This document shows, piece after piece, positions 9,112-17,520 of a stretch of DNA of 64,000 nt (the first letter of the stretch is position 1; every line of letters begins with the position of its first letter). The stretch spans positions 71,302,001 to 71,366,000 of the forward strand of contig CM059432.1 of the NCBI GenBank assembly GCA_030390025.1. Reading direction: 5' to 3'. The DNA is from Squalus acanthias. Its lineage: Eukaryota. The notes under the pieces are model-generated. The model was not told the origin of the DNA. It worked only from the letters and a program-made list of their open reading frames with translations, and did not search any database. The translations under genes were made by a program, and so were the position numbers.

Positions 9112-12100
9112 TTAAATTCTGAGAAGGCTGCTGCGAGCTCTTCCCGACGGTGGGAGGGCACTGACCCTTCCCTCTGATCTGCCGCAGCCTGTTGCTGCAC
9201 TGACCCTTCCCTCTGATCTGCCGCAGCCTGTTGCTGCCGCGATGTGGCCGGCCTGTATCTGGGTTATCTTAACCTTAACTCTACGCCTTGGGGCAGTCTG
9301 GGGACATGACCACATCCTCCTGGGCTGGGGTTCTCTACTTGACCTACGGGGAGTTGCTATGGGCGGGGGTTCCGTGACGGACGGACCGGGTTCCGAGACT
9401 TCCATCGGGATGACCTGGGGTTCCACCACAGTCGCTGGCTCCGCCTCCGCTGACTCCGCCTCCCTAACCTCGGGGCTTGCAGTTTGTGGCTCCGCCCTGC
9501 TCGGCCCAGCAGGCGGCCCTTCACTCGTGATCTCTGCCTCCCCCGAGGACGGGACGTTCAAAGCGGGCGGCCACATCTCTGGGAGCCACACCGGTACTCT
9601 CTGTGCTCCCATAGCGGCTGGCCCTGCCTCCCCTAGCTCCTCCCTCCTGTCTTCGGGACCTGTAGCTTGTGTGTCCACCCTGTGTGGATCTCTATCTGCA
9701 GCCCCCATTCCCTCCAGACCGTTCCTCAGAAACCACCCGTCGTCATCATTATCCTCATCTGCACTATCCTCATCTGACCCGAGTACCCTGAATTCTTCCT
9801 CATCTAACCCCCAATTCCAGAAAAACGCTGCATGATCGTCCGGGATGTCCCTTCCCCTGATGCAAGCTGCTATGCCTGCCTGTGTGCCTTGTGGTCCTAC
9901 CTGGGGCTGTGCTTTCCCACTGGCGGGATTTACCCCTGTAGTTTTCCCTTGCGCACCTGGCTGGTACAGTTTGCATTGGTTTATGTGGAACCACTTAGTG
10001 CGCCGAGGTACTTTTACGGCGTAAACCATGGGACTCGCCTTGTCTACAATGTTGTAGGGTCCCATATACAGTGGTTCCAGACTCCCTACTCTGGCGTAGT
10101 TTCTGACCATGACCTGGTCTCCTACTTCCCACTCCCGCGTTTTGCGGGGTTCCAGCAACAAGCGATTGCCCTGATGCTGCCTTCCCATGTTCCCAGCCGC
10201 CTGCTCATAAACCTGCTTCAGGCGCTCCAAGAGAGTCTGGGCGAACTTGTCCCTGCTTATCTCTTGGAGCTGACCCTCAGTGAGCACCGGCGCTAGCACA
10301 TGGGTGGGGGTTCGCATGAGCCTCCCAGTCATTACCTCGTGCGGGGAGTACCCCGTACTTTTTGACTGACTGGCCCGGACCCCCATGAGGACTAAAGGCA
10401 GAACTTCCGCCCATTTTTGGGGCGAGTTCCTAGTCTCTTTCCTCAATTTCTCCTTCAGGGTCCGGTTCATACGTTCAACAATCCCGGATGACTGGGGATT
10501 GTGTGCTACGTGCCACTTCCCTTCAATGCCCAAAAGCATGAGGGTGTTCTGCATCACCTGGCCGGTGAAATGACTCCCTTGGTCTGACTCCACAAAACGG
10601 GGAAGTCCCCACCGCGAGAACCCTTCCCGGACCAAGATTTTTGCTGTACCCAGTGCCGTAGCTGTTCGACAGGGGAAGGCTTCCACCCACTTGGAAAACA
10701 CATCCACCAAGACGAGGCAATACTTATAACCTCCCTGGGTGGTGGGCAGGGGTCCTATATAGTCGATCTGTATCGACTGCCATGGTCCCTCTACCCTTCT
10801 TACGTGTCCCATGGGCACCTTCCTTTTCTGGGGGTCTGGGTTGTTTGCAGCGCACACAAGACAGTTTGCACAGAACTCGCGGACTTGTTCCCTGAGCCCT
10901 GGCCACCATCCCGCTTGCTCTACCCGTTGCCAGGTAACCTCGGGCCCGGGGTGCCCTGCCCCTGGTCCCTCGTGAGCCAACTGGAGGAATTCCCTCCTGT
11001 GCTGCTGCGGCACAACCCACTGCTCCTCGCGGAACAGCATGCCTTCCTTAACTGAGAGGGTTGCCGTACTGTACGGACCTTCTACCTGTCTCCCCTCAGC
11101 AATGGTTTTTAGGACTGCTTTTAGGGCGGGATCCTGGGCTTGGACGGTCTTAAGGTCTAGGGGCAATGCTACCCTGGTGTTCCCGGGATTCCCGTCCCTG
11201 CCTCGAACCGCTGCTATGGGTCTGGTCCCATAGGGGTTCCAGAAAATGCCGTTGCGGGCACCTTCCCTGGCTAGCGCATCCGCCTGCTGGTTGCCCTCCC
11301 CACGGGGCTCTGTGGAGGAGTGAGCTTTCACCTTATGGATGAAAATCTCTCCTTCCTCCCCTACTGCTGCTGCTAAGATCTTTTCCAGCAAAGGCTTCAC
11401 CGTTAAAGGTCGCCCGTCCGCGGAGGTGTATCCACGGCGGGACCAAATGGCCAGGTATTCCGTGCACGAATTGCAGGTGAACATACTGTCCGAGCAAATC
11501 GTGTATGGGGTTGGGAAAATGTCTGGGTGGGTCACAACGTACACCACGGCAGACAGCTCAGCCTGCTGCGCGCTCATGGTGCTAGGGAGCTTGATCGCCA
11601 GGGCAAGGTCTGCCGCAGGGTCATAAACTCCACACCCTGTGAGTCGCTCGCCAGCAGATACTGTGCTAGACCCATCAACATAAATCTCGCGCCCAGTGGG
11701 ATGTATCCCGGCCCGTAAACCTATGTTGACGTCCCACACCCCTTCCACCGAACACCGGTGGGCTGTACCGGGGTATACCAAATTGGCCGCAAGCCTGGGC
11801 TCGCAAAGACCTTTTACTCTAAGATCCAACTGGGAGAGAAGAAGGGTCCAACGCGCAATGCGCGCGCTGCTTACGGTCCCGTCTTTAATCCTCCCATCCA
11901 GAAGCATCTTAGTTGGTGTGTGATGTGTGAGGAGAGTGATGGGAGAGAGCCCTGTGAAGATCGCTGATCTTTTCACAGCCCAATGCGTGGCTAAAAGGTG
12001 CCTTTCGCAATTGGAGAAACTTCTCTCCACATCCGTTAACACCCTGGATGAATAGACAACCGGCCTCAGCTTGCCGTGACGCTCTTGGAGCAGTACGGCG

Positions 12101-13635
12101 CTTAAGCTGTCTCCGCTGGCAGCTACCTCCAGGAAAAACTCCTTCCCCCCATCTATGGCCCCTAAGGCTGGCGCGGTCTGCAGATCCCTTTTTAACTTCT
12201 CGAAGGCTGCTTGGCAGCCCTCGTCCCAAGACCACTCCACCCCCTTATGGAGGAGTCGGAGGAGCGGCGCTGCTGTGGCCGCATAATCTTCGATAAAATC
12301 CCTGCAGTAACCGGTCAGTCCCAAGAAGGACCTCACACCCCTTACGTTGTTGGGAATCGGTAATTCTTGCACCGACTCCCTCCTTGCCTTGTCTATGGCT
12401 CTTTCCCCAGCGCGTATGGTCAGTCCCAGGAATTTTACTTCCCGCTGACCGATACGTGCTTTCTTAGGGTTTATTTTAAAACCCTTTCTCGCTAACAGCT
12501 CCAATAACTCGTCCAGCAGTGGTCCATGCTCCTCCCTTGAGTCCGTAAATAGGAGCAAATCATCCACATACTGCACTATCTGATTGGGCTGACTAAACTC
12601 CTTTAAACTTCCTGCCATACACTGATGAAAAATACTGGGGCTATTGTGGAAACCCTGTGGCAGACAGTTCCATGTGTACTGTTGTCCTTTAAAAGTAAAG
12701 GCAAACTTGTACTGGTCCTCTCGCCGCAGCGGGATGGACCAAAAACCGTTCGAGATATCCAGCACCGTGAACGTGGTCGCGGACGCTGGGATGCTCCCTA
12801 TTAGGTCAGCAACTGCTGCTACCGTGGGCGCGCAGGCGGGAATGTTACTGTTAAGGACTCTGTAGTCCACCGTGGCTCTCCACGAATTATCCGGCTTCCT
12901 AACCGGCCATAATGGGGAGTTCACGTGTGTGGCTATCGGCCTCAACACGCCCTGCTGCACCAAGGAAGACATTGCTGTCTCCATATCGGGTTCTGCTTCT
13001 TTGGGGAAGTTATACTGCTTTTGGGGTCGGGTCATGGGGTCCCCATCTACGCTGACCTCAAACCCGACCACTCTCCCACAATCGTGCTTGTGGGTTGCAA
13101 ACGCGTGCATATTATCTGACACGTACGTTTGCATGTCCGTTGGGACATCTGCGACCATAAGCCTGAGGTCGTAGCCTCCGGATGGCTGTACGGTACACAG
13201 GACCCCTGTTTCTTCCTCCCCCGGAATCACTATTACCTCGCCTTTTTCACCTTTAGCCCCCCAGAGACAGTGATTTCTGAGGTCCACGAGGATCCCGTGT
13301 CCCGATAGGAGATCAGACCCGAGAATACCTCTTCCACCCCCCTCCTGCCATGCCATCAGTATACACTTCCACTTAAGGCGAAGTGTTCCTAAACGAATGG
13401 ATAGCGGAAGGGAAAACGTGCCAGCCTGTTCTTTTCCTGTGAACCCCGCTAACGTGAATGGGACCTTGGTAGATAGCGGCGAGTCAAAAGGGTTATCTGT
13501 ATGGATTATGGTGCAAGAAGCTCCCGTGTCCAACAAATAACTACCCCTCTGTTTCTCTACCTCCATCTCCACCAAAGGTCGCTTCCACGCATCATAGCTA
13601 AGCGGACACAGGTAGACGGGCTGCGCCGGTTCTAG
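9112..13635 (-). CDS. pol: Pol (protease-RT-degenerate RNase H tether-RNase H-integrase-C-terminal extension), in frame with gag and probably made as Gag-Pol by stop readthrough
   Basis: PR LLDTGAS; RT LDISNGFW, LPQGFHNSP, YVDD; RNase H YVDGS/QAEL/SDS/NQQADALA; IN HHCC, D-D-E (IDYIGP, SDQGSHF, VERMNRTLK) and GPY. The frame is open from the codon after the gag TGA. Confidence 0.95.
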   Translation of the reverse strand, partial: LEPAQPVYLCPLSYDAWKRPLVEMEVEKQRGSYLLDTGASCTIIHTDNPFDSPLSTKVPFTLAGFTGKEQAGTFSLPLSIRLGTLRLKWKCILMAWQEGGGRGILGSDLLSGHGILVDLRNHCLWGAKGEKGEVIVIPGEEETGVLCTVQPSGGYDLRLMVADVPTDMQTYVSDNMHAFATHKHDCGRVVGFEVSVDGDPMTRPQKQYNFPKEAEPDMETAMSSLVQQGVLRPIATHVNSPLWPVRKPDNSWRATVDYRVLNSNIPACAPTVAAVADLIGSIPASATTFTVLDISNGFWSIPLRREDQYKFAFTFKGQQYTWNCLPQGFHNSPSIFHQCMAGSLKEFSQPNQIVQYVDDLLLFTDSREEHGPLLDELLELLARKGFKINPKKARIGQREVKFLGLTIRAGERAIDKARRESVQELPIPNNVRGVRSFLGLTGYCRDFIEDYAATAAPLLRLLHKGVEWSWDEGCQAAFEKLKRDLQTAPALGAIDGGKEFFLEVAASGDSLSAVLLQERHGKLRPVVYSSRVLTDVERSFSNCERHLLATHWAVKRSAIFTGLSPITLLTHHTPTKMLLDGRIKDGTVSSARIARWTLLLSQLDLRVKGLCEPRLAANLVYPGTAHRCSVEGVWDVNIGLRAGIHPTGREIYVDGSSTVSAGERLTGCGVYDPAADLALAIKLPSTMSAQQAELSAVVYVVTHPDIFPTPYTICSDSMFTCNSCTEYLAIWSRRGYTSADGRPLTVKPLLEKILAAAVGEEGEIFIHKVKAHSSTEPRGEGNQQADALAREGARNGIFWNPYGTRPIAAVRGRDGNPGNTRVALPLDLKTVQAQDPALKAVLKTIAEGRQVEGPYSTATLSVKEGMLFREEQWVVPQQHRREFLQLAHEGPGAGHPGPEVTWQRVEQAGWWPGLREQVREFCANCLVCAANNPDPQKRKVPMGHVRRVEGPWQSIQIDYIGPLPTTQGGYKYCLVLVDVFSKWVEAFPCRTATALGTAKILVREGFSRWGLPRFVESDQGSHFTGQVMQNTLMLLGIEGKWHVAHNPQSSGIVERMNRTLKEKLRKETRNSPQKWAEVLPLVLMGVRASQSKSTGYSPHEVMTGRLMRTPTHVLAPVLTEGQLQEISRDKFAQTLLERLKQVYEQAAGNMGRQHQGNRLLLEPRKTREWEVGDQVMVRNYARVGSLEPLYMGPYNIVDKASPMVYAVKVPRRTKWFHINQCKLYQPGAQGKTTGVNPASGKAQPQVGPQGTQAGIAACIRGRDIPDDHAAFFWNWGLDEEEFRVLGSDEDSADEDNDDDGWFLRNGLEGMGAADRDPHRVDTQATGPEDRREELGEAGPAAMGAQRVPVWLPEMWPPALNVPSSGEAEITSEGPPAGPSRAEPQTASPEVREAESAEAEPATVVEPQVIPMEVSEPGPSVTEPPPIATPRRSSREPQPRRMWSCPQTAPRRRVKVKITQIQAGHIAAATGCGRSEGRVSAATGCGRSEGRVSALPPSGRARSSLLRI
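9158..9237. repeat. 39-bp tandem duplication at the end of pol
   Basis: GCACTGACCCTTCCCTCTGATCTGCCGCAGCCTGTTGCT x2, frame-preserving (13 aa). Confidence 0.9.
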
Positions 13636-15447
13636 TCATGGGGTACTATTAGACGGTCCTGCGGCACCTACGGGGCCGGTTGCGACCGCCACCTGTCCAC
13701 GTGCACTCAAGATTAGATTGCGCATGGCTCCTAACACTACTTCGAGGTCATCGGGAGGGGTGGGTGCCTTAGCTTCCTTAGCCGGGACAGGCGCCTGGGC
13801 TCGGACCGCGGGATTTTTATCCTTGGAATCCTTCCAAGGGTTCCTGCAATGCTTGCGCCAGTGCCCTGTCTTCCCACACCCGTAACAAGCATTACCTGCC
13901 TGTGGGGCGCGATTACCCTCCTGATGCCACTCTCTTTGATACGGGGCTGCGGGTCGTACCTCATGTACTCTTCCCTTAAGGGGACGTGTTGCCATACCCC
14001 TTATATTGCGATATCCTAACGTGAGTCGATTCAAGACCGACTCTTCCGTAATGTTGGGGTCATTGGGATCAAACCATGCTTTTGCCTGCTCTCTGACGGC
14101 TGGTAAACTGTTGGCTATTATGCACCTAAGCCAATGAGTTAAAGCGGTGCCTTCCACATCTTCGCGCTCGGGCGCACCTAGGCAGCTGCGCTCATATACT
14201 GGCCACAGCCTGTCGGCAAAAACCTTCGGGGGTTCTCCCTCCATCTGCACTGTCTGTCCCACTCTAGCAAACGGACCTTCATCATTCGCCCCCAACACTT
14301 CCAGGACCTCATCCCTCAATTCCTCATAAGTCTTGGTTCCCCTCTTGCTCTCGCCTGAGAGACACTGAAGGACCGAGCTGTCTAATGAGAACAGCAGCAT
14401 TTTTGCTGTCTCCCCATCATCGCAGCCGTTAATGGCTGCGGCTTGCTCAACTTCTCTGAAATGTACGGAAGGGTCGTCTGACTCGGTCAGCTTCCGTACG
14501 TGATTTATCATAGCTCTCAGCTGATGTGAGCTGTGAGGCAACACCAGCTGTCCGAGGAGATCCCCCGGTTCTTCCCCACCGTTTCTGTTTGGGCCCCTTT
14601 TAATACCCGTTACTGGATACAACGGTCCCTTTCCTACTTCTTTTTCAATGGGCTCTTTTGTTTCTTCCATTGCTTCCTCCCTTACCCAGGTTTCCGAATA
14701 GCTGGGTGGCGCGGAGGGCGCAGTGGCTACTACTTCTTCTGCTTTACTTGGTGGGGATTTCTTAAACTTCTCACCTACTAACGGCTGGTGTGCTGACGGA
14801 CTGATCAGGCACACCATGCCGTTCGCTTTGTTTACGGCCTTCTTGAGGTGCTCTATCTCCCTTTGGCAGGCGCTATGGTCGGCTCCCTCAAACTTATCCT
14901 CAAGGGCCAACTTATATGCCGCCCTAACCCCCGTTAAGCTCTCTTCTTGAGTTCTTATCTGGGCAGCTTGGCGGTTACATCTTTCCTTTAACCTGCTCTC
15001 ATTTAACTTTGCTTCAGTGACCTGGCACTCGAGATAATCTATCCTGGTTTTAAGGTGACTGGAGATTTCCTGGCTTTCTTGGTGCAACTCATTTAAATTC
15101 TTAATGAGCACCTCCCCTCCAGAAACCTTCTCATCCATTTCTCCCTCTAAGTGACTGATTCGAGCTACTAGCGCTGTAATGGTCTGGTTTGAAATCTGAA
15201 CCTGCCTTTTGTAACACATAAGCCAGACTGCTTTCTCAAGTGTCTTTCTATGTTCTTTACTATCTGTCCACCTTTCGGCTGCCTCTAGCGGGCTTTTATC
15301 CGCTAACAATTCACTTATCCACTTCTTAGTTAGATTAACCTTTCCAAACACATAATCTGCTATCTTTTCCTGCATAACATTTCGTACAGTCATTCCAAAG
15401 TCTAACACACTACCCTCTCGCTGCCAGTGTCCTGCCGCGGTCGCCAT
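13636..15447 (-). CDS. gag: Gag polyprotein (603 aa from the first true ATG)
   Basis: ATG in AAAATGG context at 15447; N-terminal coiled-coil-like region; PSAPPSY late domain (14698-14718); CCHC knuckle CYGCGKTGHWRKHC (13846-13887); ends at TGA. Confidence 0.92.
   Translation of the reverse strand: MATAAGHWQREGSVLDFGMTVRNVMQEKIADYVFGKVNLTKKWISELLADKSPLEAAERWTDSKEHRKTLEKAVWLMCYKRQVQISNQTITALVARISHLEGEMDEKVSGGEVLIKNLNELHQESQEISSHLKTRIDYLECQVTEAKLNESRLKERCNRQAAQIRTQEESLTGVRAAYKLALEDKFEGADHSACQREIEHLKKAVNKANGMVCLISPSAHQPLVGEKFKKSPPSKAEEVVATAPSAPPSYSETWVREEAMEETKEPIEKEVGKGPLYPVTGIKRGPNRNGGEEPGDLLGQLVLPHSSHQLRAMINHVRKLTESDDPSVHFREVEQAAAINGCDDGETAKMLLFSLDSSVLQCLSGESKRGTKTYEELRDEVLEVLGANDEGPFARVGQTVQMEGEPPKVFADRLWPVYERSCLGAPEREDVEGTALTHWLRCIIANSLPAVREQAKAWFDPNDPNITEESVLNRLTLGYRNIRGMATRPLKGRVHEVRPAAPYQREWHQEGNRAPQAGNACYGCGKTGHWRKHCRNPWKDSKDKNPAVRAQAPVPAKEAKAPTPPDDLEVVLGAMRNLILSARGQVAVATGPVGAAGPSNSTP
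15429..15446 (-). promoter_or_regulatory. Primer-binding site, tRNA-Ser-like
   Basis: TGGCGACCGCGGCAGGAC starts 5 nt after the 5' LTR. It begins TGG and partly matches the complement of vertebrate tRNA-Ser 3' ends as I recall them (TGGCG....CGGCAGGA). The tRNA identity is uncertain. Confidence 0.65.
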
Positions 15448-15451
15448 TTTC

Positions 15452-17098
15452 TGTAAGGGATTCTGACCCTGCGTGTCTCGCAGCCTGTGAGATTTCACGC
15501 GGCTCTGTGCAGCCTGTATGTCAGTGCGGGTCTAGGCCTTGTTGCCTGTTCTGGTCTCCAGCCAGTCTGGGAACACTAGACACACCTGTGAGTGGTTCGA
15601 ATCACTCGCCCTTACGGTTCTAGACACTGGACTTAGATGCGAGAGCAGTAATGGAGATGAAACTCATGTAGACTCGGTTGAATGGTACGAAATGGAAAAT
15701 CTTTATTGCATGATACTTAAGATTATGAAATACATGTCATAAGCACAGATTAATGACAGTACAATCTTACAAGCAGTTATATAGTCGATCTTAGGGAAAC
15801 GAGGAACGAACGGCACACCGTAAATAGGGGCACACATTACAAATATCCTTAATCCTTAAACCCTCCCCTATCAATATCTATCCTAACTAGATTCGTAGGA
15901 TTTCGAGACTCATGCTCACCACTCGTGATAACTCGGAGAAATTCCGAATAGCTGATCGGATGTTTTTCACCGCAGCACCCACGTGTCGGTCAGGAGATCT
16001 CCTGGTCCCACTTGTTTACTTGCTTCTGCTGCTCCGGCTAGCAGGCTGGACCGTCTGTTGTGATGAAGACCTGTGTTGGTTGGTTTAACAGGTACTTTTC
16101 CGAGCACAGTTCAGTCAATATCATCGATGTGATATGTTCTTTGCAAGTTCGAAGAAGTCTTCCTGGCAAGGAAAACTTGGCTGTTCGACCTACAGGCGCG
16201 GTCGGGATTTACTGACCGTGGCGATGAATATGGTCTTCCTCTCTTCTCATCTCATCTCATCTCGGGCCTTTGGTTCCGCTGCCAGTTACCAACATAGGTC
16301 TTCGTTACGCGACACGAGGTAGATCCGAACGGATCAGAAAGTTCAACAGTCCTTTTCAAAAAGTCAACAGGCAAGCAGGAGCCCGACTACGAGTACACAG
16401 GAGCAGCCACGAGGTTACGAATAAGAGCACAGGATAAGAGCACAGGAGCAGCCACGATGATAAGAGAAAGATGGACGGTTTGGAGCCTGCAATTATAGTG
16501 CAAAATCTTCCGTTTCCCGCCCAACTTTAATGTCCATTCTTTTGTTTAAGGTCTGGCGCTCAAATGTCTTGTATGGGTGATCTCCGTTCTTAATGGGTTT
16601 CGGGGCTACTCGTAAATGTCTGAGTACCTGTTAATATTTCTCCCATTGTTAAATCGGTCGGTGTTCTCCCTGGAGGGGTTGTGGGGCTTCCAAGTGTTTT
16701 GTATAACTACCTGCTAACGGCTCTCTCATCGTAGAGTCGTTGGGATTTTACATATTAATGTCTTTTGGATGGGCCCTTGATTACTCGGTACAATAGCTTT
16801 CATTTGTACCTGGGAGACCGATTTCAGTATTTATGTGTATACTGCAAACCCATAATGTCTCGTGTATTATCTTCACTGTGCTGAATCTTAATCGATCTTG
16901 CACAAATGTTTATTGGAACGCCATCTTGTCTGCCTGTCGAAAAGTCTAGAATGTTCTGTCACGAGGTGCGGCGGCCATTTTACAGGCTGCTTGTGTCCAC
17001 TTTAAACCTGGCAGCATTCTGCTGAAATAAAAGCTGTTTGAACGAAACTCTGTGTTTTCTCCTTATTAATAAAATCGCGATATATTGCGAATTCTACA
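15452..17098 (-). repeat. 5' LTR (1647 bp)
   Basis: Direct repeat of 4372-6018 at offset 11080, with no difference found in a line-by-line visual comparison; adjacent to PBS and gag start. Confidence 0.97.
16488..16525 (-). promoter_or_regulatory. Candidate LTR core promoter (GC/E2F-like box, ETS-like CGGAAG, TATAAT); duplicate at 5408-5445
   Basis: Minus strand reads GGGCGGGAAACGGAAGATTTTGCACTATAATT; two YY1-like motifs lie upstream in U3. An alternative TATATAA lies near 15778-15784. Confidence 0.45.
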
Positions 17099-17102
17099 CA
17101 CT

Positions 17103-17520
17103 GTTCCAATGAAGCTCAATGTAAGCTTGCGGAACAGCACCTCATCTTTCGATTAGGCACTTTACAGCCTTCTGGACTCAACATTGAGTTCAACAATTTC
17201 AGACTATAACCCCTGCCCCTATAATATCACATGGGAGCTGTTGATGATTCTGCCATCCCCATTTGCAACATTTAATCTTTCCTGCCTTGCACCTTAGCAC
17301 AGACCGTCCCTTTTGTTCTTTCCTCCCCTCCCCCCTTTCCCTGCCTCTGCACCTGCTTAAAACCTGTTACATCTCTAACTTTTTCCAGTGCTGACGAAGG
17401 GTCACAGACCTGAAACATTAACACAGTTTCTCTCTCCATGGATGCTGCCTGGCCTGCTGAGTGTTTCCAGCATTTTCTGTTGTTATTTCAGATTTCCAGC
17501 ATCCGCAGTATTTTGCTATT
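17103..17520 (+). mobile_element. Penelope-like element, 3' part with pLTR region
   Basis: Continues the same peptide (EQHLIFRLGTLQPSGLNIEFNNFR), matching the uninterrupted copy at 30894-31601. Confidence 0.85.

Larger units (their letters stand above)
4372..17098 (-). mobile_element. Full-length endogenous enveloped LTR retroelement (lokiretrovirus-like provirus), 12,727 bp, LTR-gag-pol-env-LTR
   Basis: Two 1647-bp direct repeats with TGTA...TACA ends; TSD CACT at 4368-4371 and 17099-17102; three uninterrupted minus-strand ORFs with Gag, PR/RT/RH/IN and fusion-glycoprotein motifs; PBS and PPT in the expected places. The family label is inferred from architecture, not phylogeny. Confidence 0.95.

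Noticed and set aside
9242..10296. Antisense ORFs (197 and 154 aa) opposite pol
   Set aside because: Expected shadow frames of GC-rich coding sequence, with no independent support.
13573..13575. Independent pol start at 13575
   Set aside because: It is a TTG; the frame is open back to the gag stop, so readthrough is the simpler explanation.
15448..15498. ORF-track N-terminal extension of Gag (MKSHRL...)
   Set aside because: It starts at a GTG inside the LTR; the first ATG, in strong context, is at 15447.
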